Source: Octopus vulgaris (lineage: Eukaryota). From it: a stretch of DNA of 64,000 bases. The position numbers and the translations under genes are program-made. This document shows positions 40,121 through 53,744 of this stretch, one piece after another; positions within the stretch are counted from its first letter, which is position 1; each line of letters begins with the position of its first letter. The DNA lies in assembly GCA_951406725.2 (NCBI GenBank), contig OX597815.1, positions 78,740,001 to 78,804,000 of the forward strand, written 5' to 3'. The notes beneath the pieces were generated by a model, which saw only the letters and a program-made list of their open reading frames with translations, ran no database searches and had not been told where the DNA came from.

Positions 40121-42399
40121 AGGAAAAGAAAAAAAAAAAAAAAGTTCCAGATTTGTATTGTACAAAGGTTTGCAGGGAGCTGTTGTGAGTTTCGTGCATT
40201 TCATACACACCCGCCCTCCAAAGTAGCGACGTGGAGCGAAAAGATGTGAAATAGAAGTTGCAAGCGGAAAACGTTAGAAGGTCATTGACTCGGTGTGCCG
40301 AGACATCGTTGCAACCTTATATAATACACTCACACTACATAGTAAATCTGTTCGTTTCATTAACAATAGTCTGTTGGCAAGAAGACTTCATACATAACTA
40401 GACAAGAGGTTGCACTTTTAGTAAGTGATATCGTAGCAGTTCCTGCCTTTCTTATAACGGGTCTCTTTGTTTCAGGTGACACCGGAAAGTCTAGTAAATC
40501 ATAAAACACAGTGCGGATGGGGGAGAGAGAGGCATGGACCGGCTAGAAAAAGCAAAGTTGTGACGTTCATAATAATTGTTGGTCGTTAGTGCACTAACAA
40601 CAAAAATGAAGTTGATATGATATACATACACAATTTTCAACAAAAAAATTAACTATCAACAGGGATGCTTTTGCTTACAAAGATTTCTAATCTATTGAAT
40701 TTATCCTCAACTATTAAATGTCTTACTTATCTATCCATATTTATCACAACTAAAAAATACAATAAATATAGGGCAATTTTTAAAGTACAGATCTCAAAAT
40801 AGATATATTAGTAATCGTAATGGCCGAGTAACAGTAAAGTCGGCCATTTGGTTGTCGAACTAGAAATTTAGTGATTTATAATGTCAGAATTCGAATCCTA
40901 CCTAGCACGAAAAATAATCGGAAAGAAAGAAGAGAAAAAAAAGACTAAAGAAGTAACTTACTGTACATATGACACTCCGATATATGTTGGTGGGGGCGAA
41001 GTAATTGCTTCACTCGGCTAGCTGTCAAACTAAGTCTGTTTTCACTTTTTCTTCGTTAACTAAAACCGATGCGAAGGTTTTAAGAGTCGTAAACAAAAGT
41101 TGCTCCTTCGTGTCTCAAAACACTAGCAGAACTGAAAGATGGTGCGCGCCAAACGTGTGGCCGAACAGTGAAACGTCAACAAACTTGAGGTGGAGTATTT
41201 GATAAAGCCTTTCCCACTCACTCGCCGTCGTCGCCACTGATTAACTTCAAGCTCAGCATATCAATTGCTCAATGAAAACCTTTTACTTGGTCTAAATGTG
41301 AATTATAACTGGAGGTTAAATTAAATTAACTAACAAAGCGAAGTAGTTAATACACTAGCAGCTCGTCAAGATACGATTAATTATTTAGATGTCTAGGAGA
41401 ATTACTGGCTGTCATTTCCAGGTCTTTCAGAAGATTTACCGATTTGTGTTTAGCATATAACTTTCAAGTAAAATACACGTTATTTAATTATGCAATGCTC
41501 CTAGGGGTGAACGGTATCTCATCGTAACCGACCGGGGAATGCTTAAAGACAGATAAAATGAAGCGTCAAAGGGAAGAGAGAAAACGTCAAACTTAAGTCA
41601 CTGACCAACATTCCATCGATTGACCAGCTAGGAATTTATATCTATCTATCTATCTGTCTGTCTAACGTTTTAAACGTGTATATCTCATACTCATACGTTT
41701 ATTTTATATATACGGCTTACTCTCTTATGTGCAAAATAAAAGTGAGATGAAAAACTTCGTTTATCTATGATTATTCAGAGCAATTAGCGGACAAAAACTC
41801 CCTCTAAAGATGTTTAAAATCTAAAACCAATGAGCAAGGGAGAGAACTCCAATTTAATTAACACATTTTGGGGGAAAATATAGTGGGAAATGATCGGAGC
41901 ATCTTTCGGTTGAATAAAATCTCGTTAGCAAAGCATATTTTAAGAATCAGAAATCAGTGTATGTGTGTGGCTAAGATATCTGCTTCCCAACCACATGGTT
42001 CCGGGTTCAGTCCCACTGCGTGGCACCTTGGCCGAGTGCCTTTTATAGCCTAAGGCCGACCAAAATCTTATGAGTGGATTCGGTAGACAAACTTAAAGAA
42101 ACTAATCGTATGTATATATGTATGTACGTGTGTGTGTGTAACTCTTTGTGTCAGTATTTGTCCCTCACCATCGCCTGACAACCGGTTTTAATGTGTTTAA
42201 GTTCCCGTAACTTAGCGGTTCTGCAAGATCGATTGAATAAGTACCAGGATTTTTTTAAAAATGAGTCCTGTCGATTCATTCGACTAAAATGTTTCAAGGC
42301 GGTGCCCCCAGCAAAGCTGCAGTCTGATGGCTGAAACAAACTAAATTTGACGATTGTTTTTTCAAGAATGGCATTGGAGAGCATAAAAATTAAAGCTGT

Positions 42400-43370
42400 A
42401 GTTGAGGACATGGAGGACTGGAAGCTATCAGAATACTGGAAAGGAGTTACTTGTATCATGATAATTTATGCCAGGTATCAAAATGCTAACACCATGACTA
42501 AGCTCAATAGTCTGAAAAGGCTGTAAGAAGTATATGAACAGCTGCAATGAAGACTACAAAGCCATGGTGAGCAGGAAGAGACATAGCAGATATTCTGACA
42601 GTGTCTGCATGCTGGGGTTCATCCAACAACTGCAGGACAAGGTGATGGAAAATCTGAGCAAGGGAATCCAGGCTTTGGCAAAAAAGATGGGTGTTGGAGT
42701 CACCACCATAAAGTTGAGTCTAAATAATGACCATTGCTACTACTCATACAAGAAGCACAAGGGACAAATTCTGATAGCTAAGGCCAAGGAGAACTGCTTG
42801 AGAAAAACAAATAAGCTCGTGAATAAGCTGAGGCATCCTACTGAGTCAAAGATGATCTAGTTCTTCTCAGATGAAAAGAACACGAACTTCTGCCAAGACC
42901 AGTTGTGCAACACCTAGAACAGCAGATGGATTATCTACAATCCATGTGATATTCCACATATCCTGAAAACCAAGTTTCCCCAAACTGTGATGGTCTTTGG
43001 GTGTGTCTCCAGTGAGAGTGACGTTATGCTTCCCCACAGCCTCGAACAGGACATTAGGCTCAATTCAGATGGTTATGTGAAGCTGCTAGAAGGTCATATG
43101 TATGGAAGGAGGATTTGGCTCCTTGCCATAACTCTGGAACAATCAGAAGTGATTGTTGGAGAATTTCTATCACTTCACCAGCCCCAATTTTTGGCCTCCT
43201 AATCTCACCAATTGTCATTTCATGGGTTACTACATGTGGCACATGGTGTTGCAGACAGAGTGGTTGGTGTCTTTCTCAAGTAAGGCTGAGCTGATGGCCA
43301 AAATTAAAGGATTGTTTGAAGATTTTCCAAGGAACACAGTAAGGGAAAGTAGCTCAAGGGAATAGTGTAC
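42400..43370 (+). mobile_element. Decayed Tc1/mariner (maT/DD37D-like) transposase
   Basis: FSDEKN, VMVFGCVSS and FWPPN...MGYYMW motifs across ORFs 42534..42860, 42987..43202 and 43153..43365; stops and frameshifts. Confidence 0.75.
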
Positions 43371-43457
43371 CTACTAAATACACATAAGGTAAGGTCTCTG
43401 ATTAATTGAGATTATATTTGCAACTAGTAGGAAAAACCTGTTTCTAGATCTGTTTAA

Positions 43458-43655
43458 CCCCTTGCAGGCAGGAAGTTGTACTGTGTGTGTGAGCAGTGTG
43501 ATGTCTCTCTCTGTACAGAACTGTTTTCAAATATACCACACTGAAAAGAATCTGTAAATACACTGTAAAATTTCTTGTGTGAAAAATGTAGTTACTGAAC
43601 AGCCTAATACCAGTACACAACACAGACTGCCAGTACTAAATCCATCTGCAAGGGG
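43458..43655. mobile_element. piggyBac-like MITE
   Basis: TIR CCCCTTGCAG/CTGCAAGGGG with TTAA on both sides. Confidence 0.65.
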
Positions 43656-43706
43656 TTAAAAAACTTAAAAGCAACAAACAAGAGAAAACAGTGAAATATG
43701 TAAGCA

Positions 43707-44085
43707 GGCGCAGGAGTGGCTGTGTGGTAAGTAGCTTGCTTACCAACCACGTGATTCCAGGTTCAGTCCCACTGCGTAGCAACTTGGGCAAGTGTCTTCT
43801 ACTATAGCCTCGGGCCAACCAAAGCCTTGTAAGAGGATTTGGTTGATGGAAACTGAAAGAAGCCTATTGTATATATGTATGTATATTTGTGTCTGTTTGT
43901 CCCCCCAACATAGCTGACAACCAATACTGGTGTGCTTACGTCCCCGTAACTTAGTGGTTCAGCAAAAGAGACCGATAGAATAAGTACTAGGCTTACAAAG
44001 AATAAGTCCTGGGGTCGATTTGCTCAACTAAAGGTGGTGCTCCAACATGGCCATAGTCAAATGACTGAAACAAGTAATAGAGTAA
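43707..44085 (+). mobile_element. tRNA-derived SINE family B, well-preserved copy (many decayed copies on both strands)
   Basis: A box TGGCTGTGTGG, B box GGTTCAGTCCC, then CTTGGGCAAGTGTCTTCTACTATAGCC..GGAAACTGAAAGAAGCC and a microsatellite. Recurs at about 2.5, 4.4, 7.8, 16.2, 22.7, 36.0, 36.7, 42.0, 45.4, 48.7, 56.4 and 62.8 kb. Confidence 0.85.
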
Positions 44086-45035
44086 AAGAGTGCCATCTTA
44101 AGGCATGAGCTCACTGGGCAGTTGACAGGGAAGCAGGGTCCGCACAAGTCTAGAGGCCCCAATGTTAATCTATAGTTGCTAAGGTTTTAATAGACAGTAC
44201 ATTGCACTAGTCTGGAGAGGGTAAAGTGCTATAATGCTGTCAAAATGATCCTGTTTGTGAGACCCTTTCTTATGTACAGAACTTTTCCCTGAGTCATATT
44301 GTTGATAACCATAACCAGACACACTACGTTCTCACTGTTTCTATAAATAGTGATCATTTCTAAGGCCCCCCAACTGAATAGAATATGCTTTGATAAGGAG
44401 ATCTCATAAGACTGGAACATGTCTGTATTTGCTGGTTGATTTTAAACACTATAATAACTCTCATCTAAATTCTTTTTGTCTTATATCGAGGTTGCAAAGT
44501 GAGCTTCTTAACTACACACCCATGTTTATGTTTTCCAAAAATTTCAGTTAGCTGATGTTACCAGGGTTATCTTCCATGATTGCTTTTTGCTTTTTTTTTT
44601 TCTAGTCTACTAATTGCATGGATAATCTTATTTAATGAAAGTTTTTCAACTCAGTTCATTATATATGTGAGACCTTACCATATGTGTATGTTTTTAGTAT
44701 GCAAAGCACTTCCTTGAGGTACTTTCTTACAGCTATATTGTTGATACATGTTTTACATGCTTGTATTTAAAATTCCCTCTAGAAACCACAGTGCTTGTCA
44801 ATGTGCAAGTTGGTTTGTCAGTTCACCTGACAATTGTCAAAAATATCATTTTTTAGTTTTATTTTTTATATCCAAATAAATGAGAAAACGTACTTTTAGT
44901 TGACACATTTTATAACTGTCATTTAAATTTACAGATAAATCACCTACATTTGTCTGGAAGTTGTGCAGCAGGCTATTCCTCATGATGTTAGAGAAATGTA
45001 TAATTCTAATCTTTCTCCCTCACATTCCATCTCTA

Positions 45036-45113
<78 letters not shown>

Positions 45114-45516
45114 CATACATTCTCTCTTCAAATTCTATTAAAAAAATATCAGTTATATGTTAATAGAAAATCAAGAATTAAAATAAAGAGCAAGTCATTT
45201 GTAATTTCAACAGTAGTTATAGCTATTAATTTTTACTGTTGGATTAGATATAATTAAGTAAAGGAAGCTTTAATATTTTCTTAATAGCTTTCCTTTATGT
45301 TTTCAGTTTGAATTTTGCCTGGGTTGATTTTAGTCATTTATCAAAGTGCAGACATGATGACATGACTGTGTGATTAAGAAGCTTGGTTTGCAGTTTGCAG
45401 CCATGTGATCTTTGTTTCAGTTCCACTGTGCAGTACCTTGGGTGGGTATTTTCTACTATATCTCTGGGCTGAACAAAACCTTGTGAGTGAATTTGTTAAA
45501 CAGAAAGTGTGAAGAA

Positions 45517-45555
<39 letters not shown>

Positions 45556-47164
45556 TATGTGTGCGTGTGTGTGTGCACACATGCATGAGTGCCTGCGTGT
45601 GCACGCATGTGTGTATGTATGTACTTGTGTGTGTGTGTGTGTCTACCATGGCTTGACATCCTCATATCTTAGCTTGTTTACATCCTCATATCTTAGTGGT
45701 TCAGCAAAAGAGATTGATAGATTAAATACCAAACTTAAAAATAAGTCAATTTGGCAACTGTCCAATAATTGAAACAAGTAACGATAAAAGGTATACTGAA
45801 CCATTTCACAATAAACAAAATGCATATTTTGTTTGTAATGTAATTAAGCCTAGCAACATAGATATTTAGGGGCATAATTCTAACATGCCCACCAAATTTA
45901 ATACCACCAACTGGTCCTTGGGTACACTTTGTGGAATTGGCTCTGTCCAAAGCATTCAGACCCCAAGTCCCTCTTGGCCCAAGTTTTGCTTCCAGATGTT
46001 CAAGCTGAGTATCAGATACGTCCATCTGGGAGTATTTGGAAAGGCAATGGGTGATTGCCCCTCCTCCAATGACTAACATGTAAAAAGATTAAATTAGAAA
46101 ATCCTACATATATTAGGAATTGAAAAGAATGTGATAAAAATGATATAGATATTAAAATTTATTTTATTTGGAACTCAATTTAAATAATAAAAAAATATAT
46201 AAACTGTAAAATTATGAACTGAGCTAAGGTTTTCATAAGATGATATAGTAATCAAACAATTAGGTTAATATTACTAAGAAACCGTTATATAGAGCAGCTG
46301 ATGAATGTATTGATGTATTTACCATTTTAGGAGAACATAAACTGTCAGAAACCAAAGAGGGAAACTTGCTAAAAATAACAGTCAATCTCTCTAAACCATA
46401 TCCTATTGCCTTTAAAAAGAAAACATTGGTCATGGTTGGAACATCTTTGATCAGGTCTACTCAGTAAGGATTGATCTTGGGTTAAACAACAACAACATAA
46501 GCTCTTATATTCTCAGTAGATAACAAAGATAAATTAAGAGACTGATTAATAAACATATAACTGTGGTTCTTAAACTTAGTAGTGTTCCCCTTCCTCTGGA
46601 GAGCAAATAGTCATTCTTTTTTTTTCTTAGAAATACAATATCTAATTCTGGTACAATACTTATATACACACTGGGGTGGGATGGGAGACTTTGGCAGAGG
46701 GACTAGAGTAACATTATGTTATCAGTGAGCTGAAAGAAACATGACTGATGAATCACCAAGGTTCAAAATGGATTCGTTATGTAACTTTTTGCTTTCTTTA
46801 ATAATTTCCATAAAACTGTAGCACCATTGGGGCTCTAGTCCACTCAAATATCTAAAAAGCAACACAGGTGAGTAGGATACAATAAAAAAATATGTAAAAA
46901 TGTAAGTACTGTCTCAAGTCCTGCAACTCATAGGGTTGGTTGCCCAGTTTCCATAGTGTATAAGCAACCAAGATCACAACATCCCCTTTGAATGGAACAT
47001 CAGTTTGTCACAGGGTTACTGAGAAGACTTGAGCAACATGAAGTGTTTTGCTGAAGAACACATTGCACTGCCCACTTTGGGAATTGAAACTGCAATCTTG
47101 AAATTGTAAGTGTAATATACTAACCACAAGAAAATATGTAACATGGTGTAAAATGATTCTTCCT

Positions 47165-47166
<2 letters not shown>

Positions 47167-47202
<36 letters not shown>

Positions 47203-47790
47203 TGTGTACAGTGCTCAGGTGCACTACAACTCATCTAAAGTGTATATATAATCAGGTGTAGTTTCGACGGATTTCGGGAAGCATGAGGGCCTTAAAGGAT
47301 GCAGTGTCATGGCAGTCAACAACTGATGCAGGCAGTATATTCCACGCTTCAGCAACCCTGAGTGTGAAAAAATGTTTCCGAAAGTCATGGGAGCTGTGCT
47401 GTTTTCTGACTTTGTAGGCATGTCCACGTGTGTTAGACACATGGAGATCAAAAAGGTGTTCAGTGTTGTTGTTGGTGAGGTGGTTGATAACCTTGTGGGT
47501 GTTTACCAAGTCCGTCGCTAGATGCCGGAGCTTCAGTGAATCCATGCCCAGGGAAACAAGGCGCTCAGAATATGGTAGGTGTCTGATGGAGGGTATGCGT
47601 TTGGTTGCACATCTCTGGACAGATTCCAGGAGGTCAATGTTCTGAGCAAGATAGGGATTCCAAACTGATGATGCGAATTCCAAGTGTGGTCGTACCATAG
47701 CTGTATACAGTTTTAAATAGATGGCTGGAGAGCGGCTAACAAAAGTCTTGCTGAGTGATGCCAAGACACCCTCGGCCTTCTTGACAATTT
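47167..47790 (-). mobile_element. 5'-truncated CR1/L2-group LINE 3' end with (TTA)n tail
   Basis: ORF2 C-terminus RPHLEFASSVWNPY...LESVQRCATK...TRGHAYK...FFTLRVAEAWNILP; open frame; trinucleotide tail. Confidence 0.9.
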
Positions 47791-48582
47791 TTTTTTTTTT
47801 TTGCAGAACAGAGTAAGGATATTTGTTAAAACACTGTCCAATGAAAAGTGGTACCGAGTCAAAAAATGTTGAGAACAACTGGTCTATAATAATATGGTTG
47901 ATGTCACAAAGAAAGACATTTTTAGTTATAACATTGTACACTAGAAAAAAAACACTAAATAAAATGTAAAAATGAGCTTCATATACCATAAACCTATGAT
48001 AAAAAGAAAAATTTAAATAAGATTTATACACAGAACTAATAGGGATAGGACTAGTCAATTACATTAGCCCCCATTCTCAACTGGTACTTATTTTATCAAC
48101 CCCAAAAAGGATGAAAGGCAAAGTCAACCTCAGAACATGTAGACAGAATAAATACTGCTAAACATTTTGTCCGGCACAATAATGATTCTGCCAGCTTACC
48201 ACCTCATAAGCAGAATTAACAACAGACATGAAATTGCGAATAAGTGAAGTTAGTTTGCTAATATTGTTAGTACATGTAATTTGGGGAAAATAATATAAGA
48301 AAAATGTAAAAATATACAGTATTTACCTTTGAGGAAAAAAATCTTTAAGTAGCAGCAATATATATATGCTAAGCCAAATCTCAAATTTGATAAGATGTGT
48401 TATAGATTTTGACCTGGTAGGACTTGACAACAACGAAACAATTTTTACCTTTACTGAATAGTTGGCAAGTGATTAAGTAATATAAAAAAGCTTTCTCAGT
48501 TATCTAAATACCCTTTTGACCTTTGAGCAATATAACACCTAAACATGATGAATATTGAAGGAGAGAATTATATTTTTTTTAT

Positions 48583-48631
<49 letters not shown>

Positions 48632-49024
48632 GGTTATGTGATCTACCCTGGAAAAAGAACAAATGTTTTCAGCATTTTCTGATCTTAAAGTACTAACTCA
48701 ACCTCCAAATATGTAATTTTCTTTATGATTATAAACAAGGCATGGCTGTGTAGTTAAGGAGTTTGGTTTGCAACCACATGGTTTGGGGTTCAATGTCACT
48801 GAGTGGCACCTTATGTAAGTGCATTCTATTATAGCCCTGGACCAACCAATGTCTTATGAGTGAATTTGGTAGATGGAAACTGTATGGAAGGCCATTATAT
48901 ATATTATATATATATATATATATATAAATTTAGGTCATAATATATGGATTCAAGTAATCAAATAGTACTCATAAAAAAAGCTCCTTAATGTATCATTGAA
49001 TTTAGTATTTAACAATGACTTTCT

Positions 49025-49137
49025 TTCACCTGAGGATGTAACTTCAATTCTGCATTATTTTGAAGGAGTTTTTGCATTTAAAGATAATAACATAAATTAT
49101 TTACATGTTTTTAAGTTATGAAACAATTTGTCGTGAA
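49025..49137 (+). ncRNA. Type I hammerhead ribozyme with a long stem II loop
   Basis: TTCAC-CTGAGGA-T-GTAACTT...AAGTTAT-GAAA-CA-ATT-TG-TC-GTGAA; 5-bp stem I; GUC cleavage triplet ending at 49132. Confidence 0.75.
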
Positions 49138-50761
49138 TACATCAAAACATGTTGCTTTGTAACAATGTAAGAAATAATTATTTTAAAGTGCTACCCAACA
49201 AAAGCCCCTGCTCAAGACTCACAAGCATTGAGTTGGGAATTTGTACCTATGTACACTAATTGTAAGGAGATGAATATCTTATGTCTTTCTCAAGGTGTTA
49301 GCAATTCAAGTGAAGTGATGTGGCTACAACTGGGATTGAACTCAGATTCTTAAACCCACTAGCCAGAAACTTATCTTTATTATATAGCATCAACTTCCTA
49401 ACTTCCAACACATGGAAAAATCAGTGAGGGGACCTCTACATAATCACTCTATCTGCTACAAACAGTAACCAAATCATTCTCAAAGTGCTTCCTGGAGATC
49501 CTAACAAGAGGAGGATATACTGGATTATGTGTTTCTAGATACACTGGTTATAAATAGGATTGTCAATGTTGGACTACATTTGAGCATAGGTTTGCTGACC
49601 TAAAGCTAAGCAACAACAACACCAACACATCTATGATAAATAGAGGAAGATAACTCTGGAGAGATAATTAAATGTATTACGGGTTTATAATGATGTTCAT
49701 GGTGAATAAGATGTATTTCAATCCAGATGTCCAATATTAGCAGTAACTATGATTTCATGATACCTAAAATATTATCTTGTGTTATGACTTTGGATAGACT
49801 ACATTGGATAATCTTACAACAGTGAAGTAGGAATATTCAATGAAAGCTAAAAACATTTCCATCTGCAGAATATGGATATTCAGGGCTACTACTACAATTC
49901 CTCTATACAAGAACTAAGAACATCTTCAGAGCCATTGGGACATAAATATGCAAGTAATTACATGAATGACACTAACTAAGGATACTTAATAGTGATGGAA
50001 GCAGTATTAATACTAAAATGTAATAATAAGATCATATGATATCCTATGAACATCATTAATGATAATTCCCATTGTGGATTGTAAGTGCAGTGATGCAGCT
50101 ACAAGAAAGATTATATTATCAAAACCAAGATCTGTGCATCGTATTTGATGAACTTAAGGACTTTGATTTGAGAATAACAAATTAGGCATTTCAGATCTGA
50201 TGACTGATTGATTAATGTTATACCTTTTTGTAAAGTGATAATTTTTGCTTTGCATGACTGGATAAGTTTTGACATAAGAAATGGTACAGAACAAGTTGTG
50301 TAATGAAGAACCGATCACTAGACCTTTCTAGCATTTGGTTTTGTTATAGTGCTTTTAGGTATTTGCATTGGAGCCATAAATGGAATGTCATTTGAATAAT
50401 ATGAAGGACAATCATACAATGACCGCTGATGAACTTAGGACACTTGATAGAACAGGATATGTGGTGTGGCCATCAATGTACCCTATGTAAGTGCAACTCA
50501 TAGTCAATGTATGATGATGGTGATAATGATGACGAGCTGATAACAAAGCTCAGATAGCACACTTTATGGGGGACATCAAATAATTTATTAACCAAAACAA
50601 CCTAAAATATTTCATTTTAATCCCTAATATTTAAAATAAAGAAACTGAAGTCATTAAATAAAAAAATACCTTCAGTTTAGGGATATTTTAAAGTCTCTAT
50701 TATAGCAGGTGATACCTAAACAACATAAATAACATTAGAAAACAGTGCAAAAGCCCATTGG

Positions 50762-50803
<42 letters not shown>

Positions 50804-50871
50804 TATTATTTAATACTTTGCATGTACCACATCCTTACGTTGTTATTTTTTTCTCCATGTTTTTTATTAAT

Positions 50872-50912
<41 letters not shown>

Positions 50913-50915
<3 letters not shown>

Positions 50916-53377
50916 GAGTTGGGAATTGTAACCGGGTGGTGGACTAGCGTTGCTTGAAATTGTGAGTGGAATAGTGTAGTAGTGAGGTAGGCATCGAGAA
51001 TAGGTTTGGGTTGCTGCAAGTTGTTTGTTAGAGCTGCTAAGGTGAGCTAAAGCTCATAAATGTATATAATGATTTTTCATGGTAGTTTTTTAAAGAATCC
51101 ATTCATAATAAATTTTTTTAAGTAGTGTTGGTTTGCCACGTGGATATAGTTTTTAGTTCCATTTATTCTTTTTCTCCATTCATAATTTTAAATGACGTTT
51201 ACTTTCCATGACGCGTATTCTTTTTTTACATAAGTTATTTCTATGGTAACGTAATTTTGGTTTGATTTTTTTAACGGCTAAGAATTTAATTTCACTTTAT
51301 AATTTGAAACTGACTTGTAAGTATGTATTTTATTTATCCTTATGTCATATTGTTATTTTTGATATTCTGGTTAATTACGATGTATTTAATGTTGTTTTCA
51401 TAGGAGTGTTTATGTATATGAGATTGTGTGTGAGTTTTTAGTTGTATAATTTATTTATCTGTATGAGTGTGGGTGTGTAAATATTGTGGTATATATCGAG
51501 TTTAGTGAGTATGTATATGCGTATATGTGAGGGAGTATATGTATCTGTTGTGTGTGTGTGTTTTGCGTGTGTGTGTGTTTGTGTGTGAATGTGTATATGG
51601 GTTTGTTATTTAGGTTTTGGGATGTATGTGTTAATTTGTTTGTGTGGGGAGGGGAGTGGGTTTTGGTGTATATTGAGGTTTATAAGTTAGTATAGGTATG
51701 TGTATAAGTCGTGGGTCTGTGGTTTACGTGTGTGTATTTGTGTGTGAATGTTTAGGTTTGGGGATTGCTATATAGGTTTGTTATAGAGTTTAGCAAAGGG
51801 AGATTTTATCGTTATATGTTTTTGAGAGTTTTGGTTTATCATGGTTTTTTTTTTTTTTAGGGAATTCGTGGTAATTTGTCTATTTTCGATGTTGGTTGTT
51901 TTATTACATTGTTTCATTCATAATTTTTGAGTGGTGTTCGTTTTGCCACGTGAATATTATTTTTAATTCCATTTATTCCATTTCTCCATTCATTAATTTA
52001 GAGATGTTAGTTTCCAGAGCGGTTATACTTTTTATACATATGTTAAGTTCCTTGGTAAAGTAATTTTGTTTGGTGTATATGTTGAGGCTTATATGTACTT
52101 GTGGGTGTGTGTGAGTGGGGTGGGTGTTTGTATTTGTTATGGGTGTGTGGTTTACGTGTGTGTTTTTGTGTGTGAATGTATAGGTTAAAGGGATTGCTAT
52201 ATAAGTATGTTATAGTGTTTAGTAAAGGGAGGTTTATCATTTCTGTTTTGTGAGTTTTAGCTTATCATGGTAGTTTTATAAAAGAATCCATTCATAATTT
52301 TTGTGTTTATTTGTCTGTGTGGGGTTGAGTGGGTTTTTGGAGTATATGTTGAGGTTTATATGTATGTATTGGTATGTGTAAGTGGTGTGGGTATTTGTAT
52401 ATGTCGTGGGTGTGTGGTTTACGTGTGTGTATTTGTGTGTGAATGTTTAGGTTAGGGGGATTGCTATATAGGTATGTTATAGAGTTTAGTAAAGGGAGAT
52501 TTTATCATTATATGTTTTTGTGAGTTTTGGTTTATCATGGTAGGTTTGTTAAGGAATTCGTAGTAATTTGTGTATATTTGCGATGTCTGTTGTTTTATTG
52601 CATTGTTTCATTCATAATTTTTAAGTAGTGTTCGTTTTACCAAGTGAATATAATTTTTAATTCCATTTATTCCATTTCTCCGTTCATAATTTTGAGTGAT
52701 GTCCGTTTTCTAGAGCGTGAATGTGGGTTGTATGTGTGTGTGTGTGGGAGTATGAATAAGTATTGTGTTGAAGTATTTAGCTATTTTATTTATTTTTAGT
52801 TGCCTAGACGTTTTTATGTGTATGTATAGGGATATATATATAGGTGTGTGATTTAGTGTATGTAGTTTGATATGGTTATATATAATTAGGTATATGTGTA
52901 TGGGTGTATATATAGTTTATTATTATATTATTATTATTTTTTTGTTTTGTTTTATATTTTATATTTTATATTTTATATTTAATTGTTGATAGGTTTATTT
53001 TAGTTTATATATTATTTTATATATTGTTTATATATTGATTATATATGGATTATATATAGGTTATATATGGATTATATATTTATATTTTTTCATTCATACT
53101 TTAATTATTTTAAAATTATTATTTGTATATTTTAAAATATTGATATTTTAGATTGAAGTCCACCTGAAGATTGTCGATCAAGACAAGAAACGATTGTAGT
53201 GGCGGTTTTTTTGACTATTTATTAAAATTTTATGTATTGATTAAGTCTTTCCTTGTTTGTTTTGCAAAATAGTGGTTTTGTCTCTAATAATATTTTATAA
53301 TATTTTACTATAAAATTGGATTTAATCCTAAATCTGATTTTTTCCCTGTAAATTTGGATTTATTCCCTAATATTTAT

Positions 53378-53380
<3 letters not shown>
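50913..53380 (+). mobile_element. 2.5-kb G/T-skewed non-coding element between (TA)n tracts, with internal duplications and a 3' hammerhead
   Basis: Strong C depletion on +; about 51631-52020 resembles about 52306-52716; hammerhead at 53160; (TA)n on both flanks. Confidence 0.6.
53160..53202 (+). ncRNA. Compact canonical type I hammerhead ribozyme
   Basis: CCAC-CTGAAGA-TTGTC-GATCAA-GACAA-GAAA-C-GATT-G-TA-GTGG; all core bases and three stems present; cleavage predicted after 53198. Confidence 0.88.
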
Positions 53381-53416
<36 letters not shown>

Positions 53417-53744
53417 GTGGCACTCTGTTGATTATGATGATGAGGGTTCCAGTTGTTCTGATCAATGGAACAGCCTGCTCATAAAATTAATATGCAAGTG
53501 GCTGAGCACTCCACAGACATGTGTACCCTTAATGTAGTTCTCGGGGAGATTCAGCATGACACAGAGTGCAACAAGGCAAGTACAACAAAAACAGGAAGAA
53601 AGAGTGAGAGAAAGTTGTGGTGGAAGAATAGAGCAGGTTTCACCACCACACCCTACCAGAGCCAATACAAATCATGAACAGTATTATTCAGTCTATTATA
53701 ATGAATCCATAAACACATAAAACATCCAAGGGTATAGCTTTTTA

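Larger units (their letters stand above)
32480..42300. promoter_or_regulatory. CpG-retaining promoter-like region upstream of CPT1
   Basis: CpG is visibly frequent here and scarce in the flanks; SINE copies inside keep their CpGs; several strong minus-strand splice donors. Boundaries approximate. Confidence 0.55.

Noticed and set aside
47791-48058. N-terminal part of the 268-aa ORF 47252..48058
   Set aside because: Chance open frame in flanking DNA upstream of the LINE truncation point.
49900-50520. Possible C/D snoRNA or exon-like unique sequence
   Set aside because: No convincing box C/D pair with a terminal stem and no open frame.
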